Assembly (NCBI GenBank): GCA_036785375.1
Contig: JAWMAR010001106.1
Coordinates: 124,001-188,000, forward strand
DNA length: 64,000 nt
Direction: 5' to 3'
DNA from: Leucoraja ocellata
Lineage: Eukaryota
The position numbers and the translations under genes are program-made. Positions 1 to 13,479 of this stretch are shown here, one piece after another (the stretch's first letter is position 1; each line of letters opens with the position of its first letter). Below the pieces are notes generated by a model. The model saw only the letters and a program-made list of their open reading frames with translations. It was not told the origin of the DNA and did not search any database.

Positions 1-486
1 TTGCAGATCGCAGGTTCCCGCGGTTGGAGCGCACGAAGACAGTCTCCTGCAAAGGCCACCAACTCCTTGATGTTAGGCCGCAGTGCGGACTGAGATACGA
101 TAGCGAACAAAATCGCATCTCCGTCGAGGTAATGCATTCGAAAAGGTTTTTCCCAACTCCACGCCCCCCCCCCCCCCCCCGCACATAAAACAAGCTAAAG
201 AACACTAAAAACATACATTTGGCACATCCAAAAAAAACAACAAAGAAGGCAGGAACAAACAGACTTTGCGAGGCAGCCATTACTGTCGCCAGCCGTTGGA
301 AAGATGTTGCTGAAATGTTCCTGGAATATTATGTGCAGTATACAGTATTATGTCGCCATATCGTGAGTAAAATGAATCCAACAAATCGTTACGAATGTTT
401 TTTGTCGCGTATTGTCCTGGAGCGATTAATCACCTTTGTGGTGTCTCCCCTTCGAGTATCGAACATTTAATGTATATCCCCAGTCT

Positions 487-821
487 GACATTCTTCCTAC
501 CACTGACTCCCATGGCTATGTGGACTACACTTCTTCCCACCCTGCTTCCTGTAAGGACCCAATTTGCTCCGTCTACGGCATCTGCTCCCAGGATGAGAGG
601 TTCCACACCAAGGCACCTGAAATGTCCTAATTCTTCAGGGAACCGGTGTTCCCCTCCCCCACCATAGATGAGGCTAGCACCAGGGTCTCTTGGGTCTCTT
701 CCATACCTCGTAACAGTGCTCTCTCCCCCCCCCCCTCGTAACAAGGACAGGGTCCCTCGAGTCCTCACCTGTCGCCCCACTAGCCGTCACATACAACAAG
801 TAATGCTCCGTCAGTTTCGCC
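487..821 (+). mobile_element. Truncated Penelope-like fragment (also at 45803-46136; local duplicate at 9910-10250)
   Basis: PTDSHGYVDYTSSHPASCKD; truncated at CAGTTTCGCC|AGCTAATCTC. Confidence 0.8.
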
Positions 822-1882
822 AGCTAATCTCTCATCTTCCGTCGCTCCTGAGAAACAATCCATCCTTTTAGGCGTCAATAGCCAAGAGAGAACAATTGTC
901 ATCTGAAATGGGATCGGAACAATCAATGTCTTACTTTCTGCAGCTTAACTGGCACGTTAACGTATCCACAAGACAAATAAGTATTGCAACGAAGAATAAT
1001 ACAATAAATGATTAGTTATCATTTACATTACTTACACCTAACATTCTCAATCCGCGCAACATCCTAGCGACCTCTTTAGCATCTATCCCGAAGCTTTCAC
1101 GTGCTTCCTATAATGTGACAATCTGCACTGTACAGAATACTCCATATCTGGTCGAATTAAAGTTTTTTTGCAGGTGCAACATGACTTCCCAACTTTTATA
1201 CCTCATCTCACCTCCTTTCTTTCGTCGTGTGGCTGCGTATCCAATTATACTCACCTTACAACTTTAATTTATTTCAGTTCTCTCTAACACACACTCTATC
1301 ATGTTACTAAATGTTTATACAATAGAGATATTGGTAAAATGCGCATCTCAGACATTGGTGGTGAGCATGCGTGAAGTGCTTGTGTGATTGGCAGAACATT
1401 TATCTACAAATACGACGGCTGCAGGAACTCAAGATTACTGCACTTTTTCCGCAAGGATACCGTGACGGAACGTTTAGTCCTGCTGGAGAGAAAATAAAAC
1501 TATGTATTTACTTTGTAAGTCGTGATGTCAGCTTCCAGATTTTTTTTTGCGCTGTACGTTGAAGAACGTAATTTAGGGACAATCATGGATTGTAACGACG
1601 GAAATATGGCTGAAGTGATGAGAGTTCTTGCTTCAGACATCTAGCGAAATTACTTGGAAAATTTTCATTTCGACAAAGAAAGAAAACAAAGCATGGGAGT
1701 TCGGAGAAACCGTGTGGCATGCTTAAGAGAAAGGATGCAAAAGAAATGGTGAAGAGCGATGCTCTCAAAGTGCAGTAATTATATGTGTGTATATATAAGA
1801 AAATTTAAACCCGAATATAATATATCCACATAACTAAAAGTATTTGTCTTGTTTATGTGCGTGTGCCCACGATGTGTCAATC

Positions 1883-2219
1883 NNNNNNNNNNNNNNNNNN
1901 NNNNNNNNNNNNNNNNNNNNNNNNNNNNNNNNNNNNNNNNNNNNNNNNNNNNNNNNNNNNNNNNNNNNNNNNNNNNNNNNNNNNNNNNNNNNNNNNNNNN
2001 NNNNNNNNNNNNNNNNNNNNNNNNNNNNNNNNNNNNNNNNNNNNNNNNNNNNNNNNNNNNNNNNNNNNNNNNNNNNNNNNNNNNNNNNNNNNNNNNNNNN
2101 NNNNNNNNNNNNNNNNNNNNNNNNNNNNNNNNNNNNNNNNNNNNNNNNNNNNNNNNNNNNNNNNNNNNNNNNNNNNNNNNNNNNNNNNNNNNNNNNNNNN
2201 NNNNNNNNNNNNNNNNNNN
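1883..2219. other. Assembly gap (337 N)
   Basis: N run. Its flanks match the flanks of 47198-47318, which contains the GATA repeat. Confidence 0.98.
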
Positions 2220-5213
2220 CAGGGGAAATTCAGGTGTCCTTGCAGCACACTAATAAAAATATTCCAAACGCTAGTCCACAGCCTTCCCATTTTCACATAC
2301 CCTACTCCCATTTTTCCCGTCTTGGCAATACACATCTTCCTGTCGCATTCCCACATATAGTTCCGAAGTTATTAATCCATTAAATTTTCAAAACAGCCCA
2401 AACAAACTCACCATTTCGGAAAAAAAGTGACGCGACAATGAACTCGCAAGGCAGGACGGGACACTCCGGGAGGGAGGGGCACTCAAGCGCTCGCGGTGAA
2501 CGAGGAGTGGTGGCAGCTGCCGGCGCCCGACGCCAGATTACCTGGTGGGGAGGGTGGTGTCTCGGGCCGTGCCCGGAGGGTGGGCCTGGGCTGGAGCCGA
2601 TCCTGGTGCTGGAGCTGGAGTGAGGGCTTCGGATGGGGCCATGACCGGGGCTGACGGCTGGAGTTTACAGCCAGGGCCAGCCCGAGTTCGAGAACCAGGC
2701 CGAGTTCCTTTCTATTAAAATCTTTTTATTTATTTCCCCCCCCCCCAAAAAAAAAGCCAAAATAAAACATAAAAAACAGACCAAATAGAATAATGATAAA
2801 CATAACAATGGTATTGATACATAGGGATCAGTGTTACATTAATAACAGGCATAGCCTAATATGAGACCAGTGTCAAAATACACAATGAATATAGACCTCC
2901 CGGTTTCTATGTAAATATAGTTAGATCTTTAAAATGAAACTTATAAATGTTAAAAAAAAACCACACAGATAAAAAGACAAATAGAAAAAGAAAAAATGAA
3001 AGAAACAAACAACCCCCCCCCCCCCCCCTGAACTAAAGAAAGAAAAAAAAGAGAAGATTTGATAATAATAAAATACGAATAAAAATAAAATAAATAAAAA
3101 CCAAAGCAAAGCTAAACCAAATCTGAACTGAAAATTTCAACAATGTAGGTCTGTTTGTCGTCAAATCCGTTCCACCCTATAGAGGTAAAATATATTTTTA
3201 TAACGGTTAAAGAGGGAGCAATTTATGTTGTATGAAAATGTTCAATAAATTTTCCCCAAGTCTTAGCAAATTTAACCAAGGGTTCAACAGTGTCACTCCT
3301 GATTTTTTTTATAAACTTAAACATGATTTCGTTTCCGAATACCACTGGAGTGTGGTCGGAAGGTTGGAGTCTTTCCATTTAAATGAAATAGATCTTCTGG
3401 TGATTAATGTTGTAAAAGCAATCAACCGATGGTCGGGACGGGACAAATGAATAGAATCTAACATTGGTGGCCCAAAATTTACAGGTGTCGGGGCCCTTCT
3501 TCATACTCTAAGTCATAACTTCGACGTCTGAGTACGAATAAAGGTCTCGTTTCTAAATTCGTCTGCATATTCCCTCCACAGATACTGCCCGACTCATAGA
3601 GTTCCACCAGCATTTGTTCTTTTGTTCAAGATTCAAACATCTGGAGTTTTATTTTGTTTCCACGCGACAATGTGTGCGGTTCAATCCACGAATGTGGAGA
3701 GGATGTTTCCACCAATGAGAGAATTGACCAGAGGCCATGTACTCAGATTAAAAGGATGTGCCTTTAGAAAGGAGATGAAAAGGAATTTATATCGTCAGAG
3801 GGCGGGGTGTCAGTGGAATGTATTATACCAAACGGCCGTGGAGGCCATCAATTACAGATTATTGATTAGTAAGTTTGGCAGGGGCTATGGGGCGAAAGCG
3901 GGAGAATTGGGTTGAGAGCAAATATTCTGTTCCTTGAAGGTGTGGCGCAGAGGAATGAATGCCTAAACCACAACAAGATCTTCACCAATTGGGGAATTGG
4001 ATCATAGGATAACAGATGGAGCGGGACTCGTACGAGCATGAAGTTATGCAGTTGAGGAAGTTAACCCAAGGCATGAAGTACACAATAAATGGCAGGGCCC
4101 ATGAGAATGTTGTCGAGTTTTGACCGGAGATTCCATTATCCTATCGTCCATATTTCTTTTATCTAGCCAATCTCAGCAAATCTAAGGTGCCTTCCGTAAT
4201 ATGATATTTCATTTCCCACAATAATTAATAAATACTGTCAGATGAAACCAGCTCAGTTTATGTGAAGGCTGTGTGTCCGTGCTGTTTAGTTCTTTGAGTC
4301 CAGTAGCAAGTGCAGCGGATAAATGTAAAACGATAATGTTGATACATTTGGATTTTCTGAACACATCTGATAGATTGCAGCATCAAACATGATTATGGAA
4401 AATAAATGCTCGTCGTATACGAGATAACCTACTCGGATTAGTGGAGTTTGGCTACCTGACAAGAAATGGACCAGAGCATAATTTGGTCTATTTTCCGATG
4501 GATAAATATACCAAGTGATGTGCCAGGGGTATAAGTGCATAAGTCTCAATATTATGTAACTTACACAAATGACTTAAATGAAAGCTGCAAATGAGTGGTT
4601 GCTAAATTTGCCGATTGCCAATGACAGGTCGGAAACTTAGTTGCAAAGAGGACAACAAACAAAAGATAGTTAGATTTTAGGATGACAAATTAAAATAAGA
4701 GTAAACTGTGAGATATAACCGAACTTTGAGATGGAAAGTAACCTGCCGCCTTTACACATGGTTCGCTGGGAATTAGTTTGCAAGCAGGCCAAACATAGTA
4801 TTATTGGTTATTGTGAGTAAATGTAATGCTTTTGTTACATCGAGCATTGATAAGAAAAGGTGTGAAGTACAGTACTGATCACCTTTTTTAAGAATGCATG
4901 TAGACGTGTTGGAGGTACTTCAGAAAACATTTGCAGGGCATACACACTGAAGTCGAAAACGTAATAATAGACGATGCGGGATAAGACCTTGTATCCGGAG
5001 TGAAAGGCCTTTATTTACAAGGATGAAGAGTGTTTTATTGTCATATGCTCCTAAACTGAACAACGATACTCGTGCTTGCAGCAGCACAACATAATTTTAA
5101 CATAGTAATCAGTAAACATCGTAATAAACAACACAATTATGTAAACGAACAATAATAGCGCAAAGACAACAACAACAAAAAATAATGCCGTCTTTTCATG
5201 TACTTCGGAGCTT

Positions 5214-5510
5214 ATTTAGTTTAGTTTAGGGATACAGCGCGGAATCAGGTCCTTCGGCCAACAGAGTCCGCACCATCCAGCGATCCCCGCGTATTAACAC
5301 TATCCTACACACACGAGGACCAATTTACAATTTCCACAAACAGCAAACTAATTAACCTGTATACCTCTACGTCTTCGGAGTGTGGAGAGAAACCGAAGAT
5401 CTCGGAGAAAACCCACGCGTTCACGGAGAAAACGTGGAAACTCCGCACATACAGCACCCGTCGCCGCGATCGACACCGGGTCTCCGGCGCTGCGCTTATT
5501 TGGCAGCAGT
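5214..5510 (-). mobile_element. tRNA-derived V-SINE-like element, one per unit (also ~21722-22033, 32384-32680, 42020-42330, 50331-50627, 57214-57525)
   Basis: (TAAAC)n tail, CCCGGTGTCGATC B-box-like segment and V-domain-like core CGCGTGGGTTTTCTCCGAG...CTCTCCACACTCCGAAGACGT. Confidence 0.7.
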
Positions 5511-5659
5511 GTTTAATGATCTGATCGTAGAATGAAGGAAACTGCTCCCGCCCCGAGACGTTACAGTTTTGAAGTTCCTATGCTTTCTTCCACATGGCAG
5601 GAATTAAATAAGCGAGTGGCCAGTGTGGAGCGGGCCTCTGATCATGCGGGCTGCATTAT

Positions 5660-5866
5660 AGAAACATAGAAATTACATGCAGGAGTAGGCCATTCGGCCC
5701 TTCGAGCCTGCACCGCCATTCAATATGATCATGGCTGATCATCCAACTCAGTATCCCGTACCTGCCTTCTCTCCATACCCCCTGATCCCCTTAGCCACAA
5801 GGACCACATCTAACTCCCTCTTAAATATAGCCAATGAACTGGCCTCAACTACCCTCTGTGGCAGAG
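5660..5866 (-). mobile_element. CR1 3'-end insertion (duplicate at 50777-50983)
   Basis: ATAGAAAC tail; ATTAT TSD at 5655-5659 and 5867-5871. Empty site CTGCATTATCAAGG at 32821. Confidence 0.85.
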
Positions 5867-6245
5867 ATTATCAAGGACCAAGAAAGGAGTCGTCAGTACT
5901 TCAGTTCGCACTTTCTCGCATTTCAATACACTCTTTACCCCATTCTGCTCTTTTGCATTTGCTGCATTTATCTGTCATTGCTTGATATTGTTTAGTCTGT
6001 GAGCTGCATGTCAATAAGCAATTCATTGTAATCTCGCGTGACAACAATAATCTAATCTTGTGCAATTTGATTTTCATCTAGTGCTGTGTTTTTTTTCTCA
6101 ATGAGCCGTGGGTCTTTGAAAATATCTTCTTAAAATGATACTTAAAGCAAATAGTAAATATTATTTTTTGAATATTAAAGGTGGAGGGAGGTGGATGATT
6201 AATACAAAGTTTATGAATAATTACAGGGAAAAGCGGAAAAACTGA

Positions 6246-6770
6246 AGAACATTCTTGCCATAGAGGGTGTACAGAGTATGTTCCCCACACTGATTCCTAG
6301 TATGTCAGGACTTTCATATGAAGAATGACTGGGTAGAGTCGGCTTGTACTCGCTAGAAGTTTGAAGATTGAGGGCGAATCTTATAGAAACTTATAATATT
6401 CTTAAGACGTTGGACAGGCTAGATGCAGGATGGTTGTTCCCGATGTTGGGGAAGTCCAGAACAAGGGGTCACAGTTTAATGATAAAGGGGAAATATATTA
6501 GGACCGAGATGAGAAAATCATTTTTTACACAGAGAGTGGCGAATCTCTGGAATTCTCTGCCACAGAATGTAGTTGAGGCCAGTTCGTTGGCTATATTTAA
6601 GAAGGAGTTAGATGAGGCCCTTGTGGCTAAAGGGATCAGGGAGTATGGAGAGAAGGCAGGTACAGGATACCGAGTTGGATGATCAGCCATGATCATATTG
6701 AATGGCGGGCGGGCTCGAACGGCCGAATGGCCTACTCCTGCACCTATTTTTCTATGTTTCTGTGATTCTA
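6246..6770 (+). mobile_element. CR1 LINE 3' fragment
   Basis: LIETYNILK...RTRGHSL...FFTQRVANLWNSLP, with tail TCTATGTTTC. Absent in units G2, G4 and G6. Confidence 0.88.
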
Positions 6771-7098
6771 TTACAGATAGATCAACGGTGATACTGCTTG
6801 ACGGGGGAAACTTGGTGATTGAATGGCGTTCTCTTGCTCCGAGTTCATCTGTCTGTACATGGTGAACGAGGCATGAGACATACATTTCCGAGCCCGTGTC
6901 AATCTCAATTTGTTGGCCAGTGTGTACTTTGCCTCTAAACAATCAAGTGCTCGATTTCCAACGTCTCCATGCCCGTCCATGTATGTGAATTCACTTTATA
7001 TGGAACATCTGAGATTGAGTTAATTCACGATTCGAACTGGAGACAGTAACTGGATCAACGGATATAATACATCATAGGATGATTAAATGGAAATCAAG

Positions 7099-8982
7099 TC
7101 AGCATAATTTAAATAACATAACAATGCAATTCAGTGGATATTTTACCCCATTCATTAACTCCTCTTTGATTTTTTGCTGCGTTCCTGCATAAATGAATGG
7201 ATTTATACATGAACGCAAAAGCTGAAGCATAAATCCGCTTTCTTCCAACGTAAAATTTGAATCATTGAAGTTAGAACCCGAGAAATATCGAACCTTCGCA
7301 ATCCGAACATAAAGAAATGTGATGAAAACTAACACCCAGGACAGGATGGAACCGCAAGATATTAACAGGAGCAAAATGATGGATTTTCTCCGGTTTTCCA
7401 TTTCTGGGTCACATTGATTATCTCCGTTTCTGTTGGACATTAATCTCCTTCTAGAGAACATTGAATAGTAGTATCAGAAAGAATGGAAGGCATGGAGTTA
7501 TGATGCGGTGAATCCATTCACAGGCACCCCATGCAGGCAAGGTAGTGAAAGATAACTTTAATTTGCAGAACCAGCGGACGCCGTCAGTTATAAATGAAGG
7601 CTCGTATATAAAATACCATGGAATGTTTCTGACACAACTCACTGCACAAATTGTTACGATGACAATGACCGCTTTTTTCTCAGTGCAGTACTTTGCTTTC
7701 AGCTTCTGGAAACAAATGGCTATATATCGGTCAAGTGTGAACATCACTGTCACCCAGACTGCACAGTCTTAGATTCCATAAATTAGAACAAGGCTGACGC
7801 TGCAGACTGGAGTGATGGACATGAAGCTGAATGGGAAATATATACCTACCACTCGGTTAAATATCACAGCCGTGATAATGACTAAGAGATCGGTCACAGC
7901 CATAGCCACCAGGTAGCAAGTGATGCATTTGGAAAGGCCGCATCTTCCCAGGGACAGTACCACAATCACTGCCAGATTAGCTGTAGATGAAAAATAGCAA
8001 GTGCTAGTCAATGAATACATCCCAGACCTCAAACAACGGGGAACAAAAAAGCTAAAATCTCACCAGGTCTGTCCGTGTCAGTAAACAATGAACACCTTTA
8101 GCCTGATGTATCGCACCGACATTATTGCTCCCTCTCATCGATCCATTTCCACAACGGAATTTCTAACATCAGTTTCTATACAATGCTGCCATGAGCTTTG
8201 TTCCGTTACTGGCGGAGTTGAAACGAAACAAGGCGGAAACAAATCGTTTCAGATATCGTAGATATCATATCAAAGAATGTACAAAGTAATAGGGCCAATA
8301 GGACAACCATGCCATATACGCATTGTAATAACTATTTTGCAATTCATAGCCCCAATTAACAAAACCTGGTAGCAATACTATAAAACTAAGGATACAAATG
8401 GGAATAGAGCATGTTGGAAATACTTATCCGACGGTACAGCATTGGTGAAAGGACAAAATGTGTAGGAAATAACTTCAGATGCTGGTTTAAATCGAAGGTA
8501 GTCGCAAAATGCTGGAGTGACTGAGCGGGTCAGGCAGCATCTCAGATCAGCATCAGAGACATGCGTCCTGACCCGCTGAGTTACTCCAGCATTTTGTGTC
8601 TACCCATTGGTGAAAGGCGACGTTTCTGGACTGAGATCCTTCCTTGAAAGTGAGAATGTCAACTATTTTCCCTGTTTCGACAGAAGCTGATTGAACATGA
8701 TTATTTGCTTTATTTTCTGTTCTTCGATTTAATGATACACATCGGTAGTGGAACATTTCGGACGTCGTAATATATTAAATCGGGCGAAGGAAGTTAATAT
8801 ATGCCGTAATAATCATTGTTTCGCGAGTGGGGCATCACTTTCATTCAGAGAGGACGCTAGATTTACAATCGAACATTATAACCAGAGGAAATCACTAATA
8901 AAAACACTTTACCCGTAACTCCAATAACTCCCAGGGCTGGATAGTATATGGCAAATAGGAGACCTTCCGATATTCCATGCAT
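7099..8982 (-). pseudogene. G1: GPR139/GPR142-like class A GPCR pseudogene (exon 1 8913-8982, exon 2 7099-7980)
   Basis: Exon 1 encodes MHGISEGLLFAIYYPALGVIGVT and ends at a GTAAAG donor; acceptor is TCTACAG. Exon 2 has DRY and NPFIY motifs but carries a CAA>TAA stop in TM3 (7769-7771) and a 32-nt frameshifting deletion near 7454 (882 nt versus 914 nt in intact copies). Confidence 0.9.
8497..8604. repeat. Intronic inverted repeat made of two PLE-tail-derived segments (present in the introns of all copies; left arm truncated in G4)
   Basis: CAAAATGCTGGAGTGACTGAGCGGGTCAGG ... CCTGACCCGCTGAGTTACTCCAGCATTTTG. Confidence 0.75.
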
Positions 8983-10454
8983 GTTTATCAGAATTGAGAA
9001 CACATCTAACACTGCATGCAAAATGGTTTAACCTATAGACCCCAAGACAACCTCCGGGGAGTTACTTGGGTGGCTTGCTCTGTTAAAATAATAGCTGAAT
9101 TGAAGCAATCAGCTTTGCAAATGCCTCTCGGGATCATAGCGGGACACAAGAGACGGCATGTACAGTAACCTTGAGCAACACACGATGTGATGTGGCAACT
9201 CAGCTGGTCAGGCACCTTTTGAAAAGGGAAACGGACAAATGGCGTTTTTGGTCGGGACCTTTCTTCAGACTCAGACTGATTCTTAGAGTGGTAATAGACA
9301 CGCTGTATCTGAAGTGGGGTCCCGACCCTGAGCGTCACCTATCCTTGTTCTCCAGCGATGCTGTCTGATACGCTGAGTTACTCAGATTCAGATTCACATT
9401 CACATTTATTGTCACATGCACCAATTGAGGTACAGGGGTATTTGAGTTACCATGCGACCATACAATTAAAAGAACTCAACACAATTGAAAAGAACGACAT
9501 AACTTAACATAAATACCCACCGCAGTGATCACTGTGATGGAAGGTAATAAAGTTCAGTCAGTCTTCCTCCTTTTGTTCACCCGTGTTTGGGGTCTTGCAG
9601 TTCGCAGGTTCCCGCGGTTGGAGCGCACGAAGACAGTCTCCTGCAAAGGCCACCAACTCCTTGATGTTAGGCTGCAGTGCGGACTGAGATAGGATACCGA
9701 ACAAAATCGCATCTCCGTCGTAGTAATGCATTCGAAAAGGTTTTTCCCAACTCCACGCCCCCCCCCCCCCTCCCTCGCACATAAAACAAGCTAAAGAACA
9801 CTAAAAACATACATTTGGCACATCCAAAAAAACAACAAAGAAGGAAGGGACACACAGACTTTGCGCACTAATGTATATCCTCAGATAATATTTATCCTCA
9901 GTCTAACATTCCTCCTACCACTGACTCCCATGGCTATCTGGACTACACTTCTTCCCACCCTGCTTCCTGTAAGGACTCAATTTGCTCCGTCTACGCCGCA
10001 TCTGCTCCCAGGATGAGAGGTTCCACACCAGGGCATCTGAAATGTCCTAATTCTTCAGGGAACCGGGGTTCCCCTCCCCCACCATAGATGAGGCTCGCAC
10101 CAGGGTTTCTTGGGTCTCTTCCATACCCCGTAACAGTGCTCTATCTCCCCACCCCCCCTATCCCCCCCACTCGCAACTAGGGCACAATCCCTCTAGTCCT
10201 CACCTTTCACCCCACTAGCCGTCACATACAACAAGTAATCCTCCGTCAGTGTCGCCAGCCGTTGGAAAGGTGTTGCTGAAATGTTCCTGGAATATTATGT
10301 GCAGTATACAGTATTATGTCGCCATATCGTGAGTAAAATGTATCCAACAAATCGTTACGAATGTTTTTTTGTCGCGTATTGTCCTGGAGCAATTTATCAC
10401 CTTTGTGGTGTCTCCCCTTCGAGGATCGAACATTTAATGTTTATCCTCAGTCTG

Positions 10455-11515
10455 ACATTCCTCCTACCACTGACTCCCATGGCTATCTGGACTACACTTC
10501 TTCCCACCCTGCTTCCTGTAAGGACCCAATTTGCTCCGTCTACCGCATCTGCTCCCAGGATGAGAGGTTCCACACCAGGGTATCTGAAATGTCCTCATTC
10601 TTCAGGGAACCGGTGTTCCCCTCCCCCACCATAGATGAGGCTCGCACCAGGGTCTCTTGTGTCTCTTCCATACCCCGCAACAGTGCTCTCTCTCCCCACC
10701 CCCCCCCCCCCACTCGCAACAAGGACAGAGTCCCTCTAGTCCGCACCTTTTACCCCACTAGCCGTCACATACAACAAGTAATCAGTTTCGCCACCTCCAA
10801 CGTGACCCCACCACTCGCCACATATTCCCATCTACCCCCTCCCCCCGGCTGCCTTCCGCTCCCTCCGTAACTCCCTTGCAATTCTTCCCTTCCCTCCACT
10901 TACCACCCCCCCCCCCCCGGCACTTTCCCTTGCAACCGCAAAAGAGATAATACACTTGTCCCTTTACCTCCCCCCTCGACTCCATTCAAGGACCAAACAG
11001 TCGTTCCAGGTGCGACAGAAAATCTCCTGCATCTCCTCCAACCTCATCTATTGCGTCCGATGCTCGTGATGTCAGCTGATCTACATCGGTGAGACCAAGC
11101 GGAGGCTTGGCGATCGTTTCGCGGAACACCTCCGCTCGGTCCGCATTAACGAACCTGACCTCCCGGTGGCTCAGCACTTCAACTCCCCCTCCTATTCCGT
11201 ATCCGACCTCCCTGTCCTGGGCCTCCTCCACGGCCAGTGCGAGCACCACCGGAAATTGGAGGAATAGCACCGCATATTCCGCTTGGGGAGTCTGTATCCT
11301 GGTGGCATGAACATTGAATTCTCCCAATTTTGTTAGCCCTTCCTGTCTGCTCATTTTCCTATCTCTCCCTCAGCCCTCGGGCTCCTCCTCCTCCCCTTTC
11401 CTTACTCCCCCCCCCCCCCCCCCCCATCAGTCTGATGAAGGGTTTCGGTCCGAAACGTTGCCTATTTCCTTCGCTCCATAGATGCTGCTGTTTCTCCAGC
11501 ATTTTTGTGTATCTC
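10455..11515 (+). mobile_element. Penelope-like element 3' portion (RT C-terminus, GIY-YIG endonuclease, pLTR tail)
   Basis: PTDSHGYLDYTSSHPASCK and the GIY-YIG motif LIYC...YIGETKRRL. Tail CTGATGAAGGGTTTCGGTCCGAAACGTT. Confidence 0.85.
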
Positions 11516-12384
11516 CTACCATCCATTTGGGGCTCTGTTTTGTCCCTGTTTTCAGATTGAGACCAACAACCATCGTTCCACAAACAGTGACTCACATTTC
11601 ACTACTTAGTCCCTCATTATATATTTACCAGTGCACATGGTATGGTGGCCTATTCATACATTCATACATTTTGTCGCAGTGATAAAAGTGACTAGTTGCG
11701 CCTCCAGAGCCCATGAAATCCCGATAATCAGCGGAAAGACCGGATGTTCTGTTTTTTGTTTTCCTGGATCCCGATGAAGGAATTGCTAGGGTATAATTTG
11801 CGGTGGTTCCTCAGACGGAAGGAGGTAATGCGGTGATGGGATTGGTAAATAATATTACAAGTAGAGCTCCGTGATATTTTTGTTCCAATTTCCATTAGGG
11901 TGTGGAAAGAGGGCAATCACAACAATTTGCATGGACATTTTCAAGCGGTTAATCCGCTCCCCCCTCCCCAAAAATGTCGTCCCGGGTCCTTTTAATAGCT
12001 TCTGTTTTGATAACCACTTCACAGCCTTCTGTTAGTTTGCCCTACCCTTCACTACTTCTCTGGTGCAGAAGACTCAACTTGCGATTTAATTGTAAGATTT
12101 GTCCGCCCGATGCAGAAACAATCTCCTACGTCGCTACATTTACGAAACCCGGCGAGGTACGTCAGCCTATCCGTTCCGCAACAACTTATTTTTTATCTTT
12201 AAATTTTATATTTGTAGTAGTGTGATTTTTCATATTGGATATCTCCATACCTCCAGATTCACGGCCACTTTCTTCCCATCTGTTATCAGGCAACTGAACC
12301 ATCCTACCGCAACCAGAGAGCAGTCCAGAAGTATTATCTACCACAACCACCACCAATATCCAACATGCACTCAAATTCATTTAA

Positions 12385-12905
12385 ACCATCTCCGCCACCT
12401 CCCTCCCCTTTCTTGATCTCACCGTCGCCATTACAGGAGATAGACTATGGACTGGCATCTATTACAAACCCACTGATTCCCACAACTGTCTCGACTACAT
12501 TTCTTCCCGCCCTGCTTCCTATAAATATTTGATCTCCTTTTCCCCGTTTCTCCGTCTATGCCGCATCTGCGCCCAAGACATAATAGGACACCTGATGAGT
12601 CCTCAATTCTTTAGTGAACGGGGAACCCCTCTTCCATCATAGACGAGACCCTCGCACGTGTGTCCTCGTTGCTCGGCAAATCCGCCCTTGCCCCCCTCGC
12701 CGCCCCTAGTCCTAACAGTTTCAGAGTCCCTCTTGGCCTTGCATCTCACCCCATCAGCCGTCGTGTACAACACAGAATCCTCCGACATTTACGCCACCTC
12801 CAACTGGATCCTAGCACGAGTCACCTTTTTTCAATCTCCACCCCTTTCCAACTTCCGCAGAGACATTTCCCTCCGCAACTCCCTGGTTAATTCTCCCTTT
12901 CCACT
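12385..12905 (+). mobile_element. Second, older Penelope-like fragment (copies at ~38862-39365, 54531-55048, 62808-63325)
   Basis: The 62.8-kb copy translates as LPFLDLTVAITGDRLWTGIYYKPTDSHNYLDYISSHPAS, typical of the PLE RT C-terminus. Confidence 0.75.
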
Positions 12906-13479
12906 CAAACTCAGATTCAATTTTAAGATTTAGATTCAATTTTAATAGTAAGATTAAACGAGAACTTACCAGTTTGAAGTTTGATCTGTATTTTATGAGG
13001 AGTTACGATGAGGGTTTACGTGAAGAAGCCCGTCCCAGGACGCGTTGCGGCATACTTCAAAGCAGCGGTGTGGAATCACAGATAGACACAAGTATTTGAA
13101 GTAACATAGTAAAGAATAAAGAGACATCAATTATCAGTTTGATCCATGTAATGAGGGTGGGAGCGGAGGGCACGTAAACCCTCATCGTAACTCCTCATAA
13201 AATACAGATCAAACTTCAAACTGGTAAGTTCTCGTTTAATCTTACTATTTTACTTCGGAGTCACGTGAGTGATTCCGTGAAGATTTCAAAGCTCTGTGAT
13301 TTCAAACCGTGTAACAGTTATACTACACTCACTGCCGAAGTCTTTGAGGGAGGAAGTGTGTATCGTAACCAACCAATGATTCTGTTATAGAAAACCCAAT
13401 GGTATTTTTACAATAGACACTGAAGAAATTTAAATGCTCCCTTTGGCTAATTTGAATATTTGCAGATTGGAATCTTTCC

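Noticed and set aside
1844-2383. Long ORFs containing X runs
   Set aside because: Artefacts of the N gap.
8986-9017. Tiny upstream ORFs (ATG CAG TGT TAG) before the receptor ATG
   Set aside because: The transcription start is unknown, and conservation among such young copies is uninformative.
9033-9338. Recurrent ~101-aa ORF upstream of each GPCR
   Set aside because: Starts inside repeat-derived sequence, has no recognisable domain and is disrupted in G3 and G5; it recurs only because of recent duplication.
12944-13249. 79-bp perfect inverted repeat as a MITE, miRNA hairpin or terminator
   Set aside because: Fully explained as the DIRS terminal extension pairing with the ICR.
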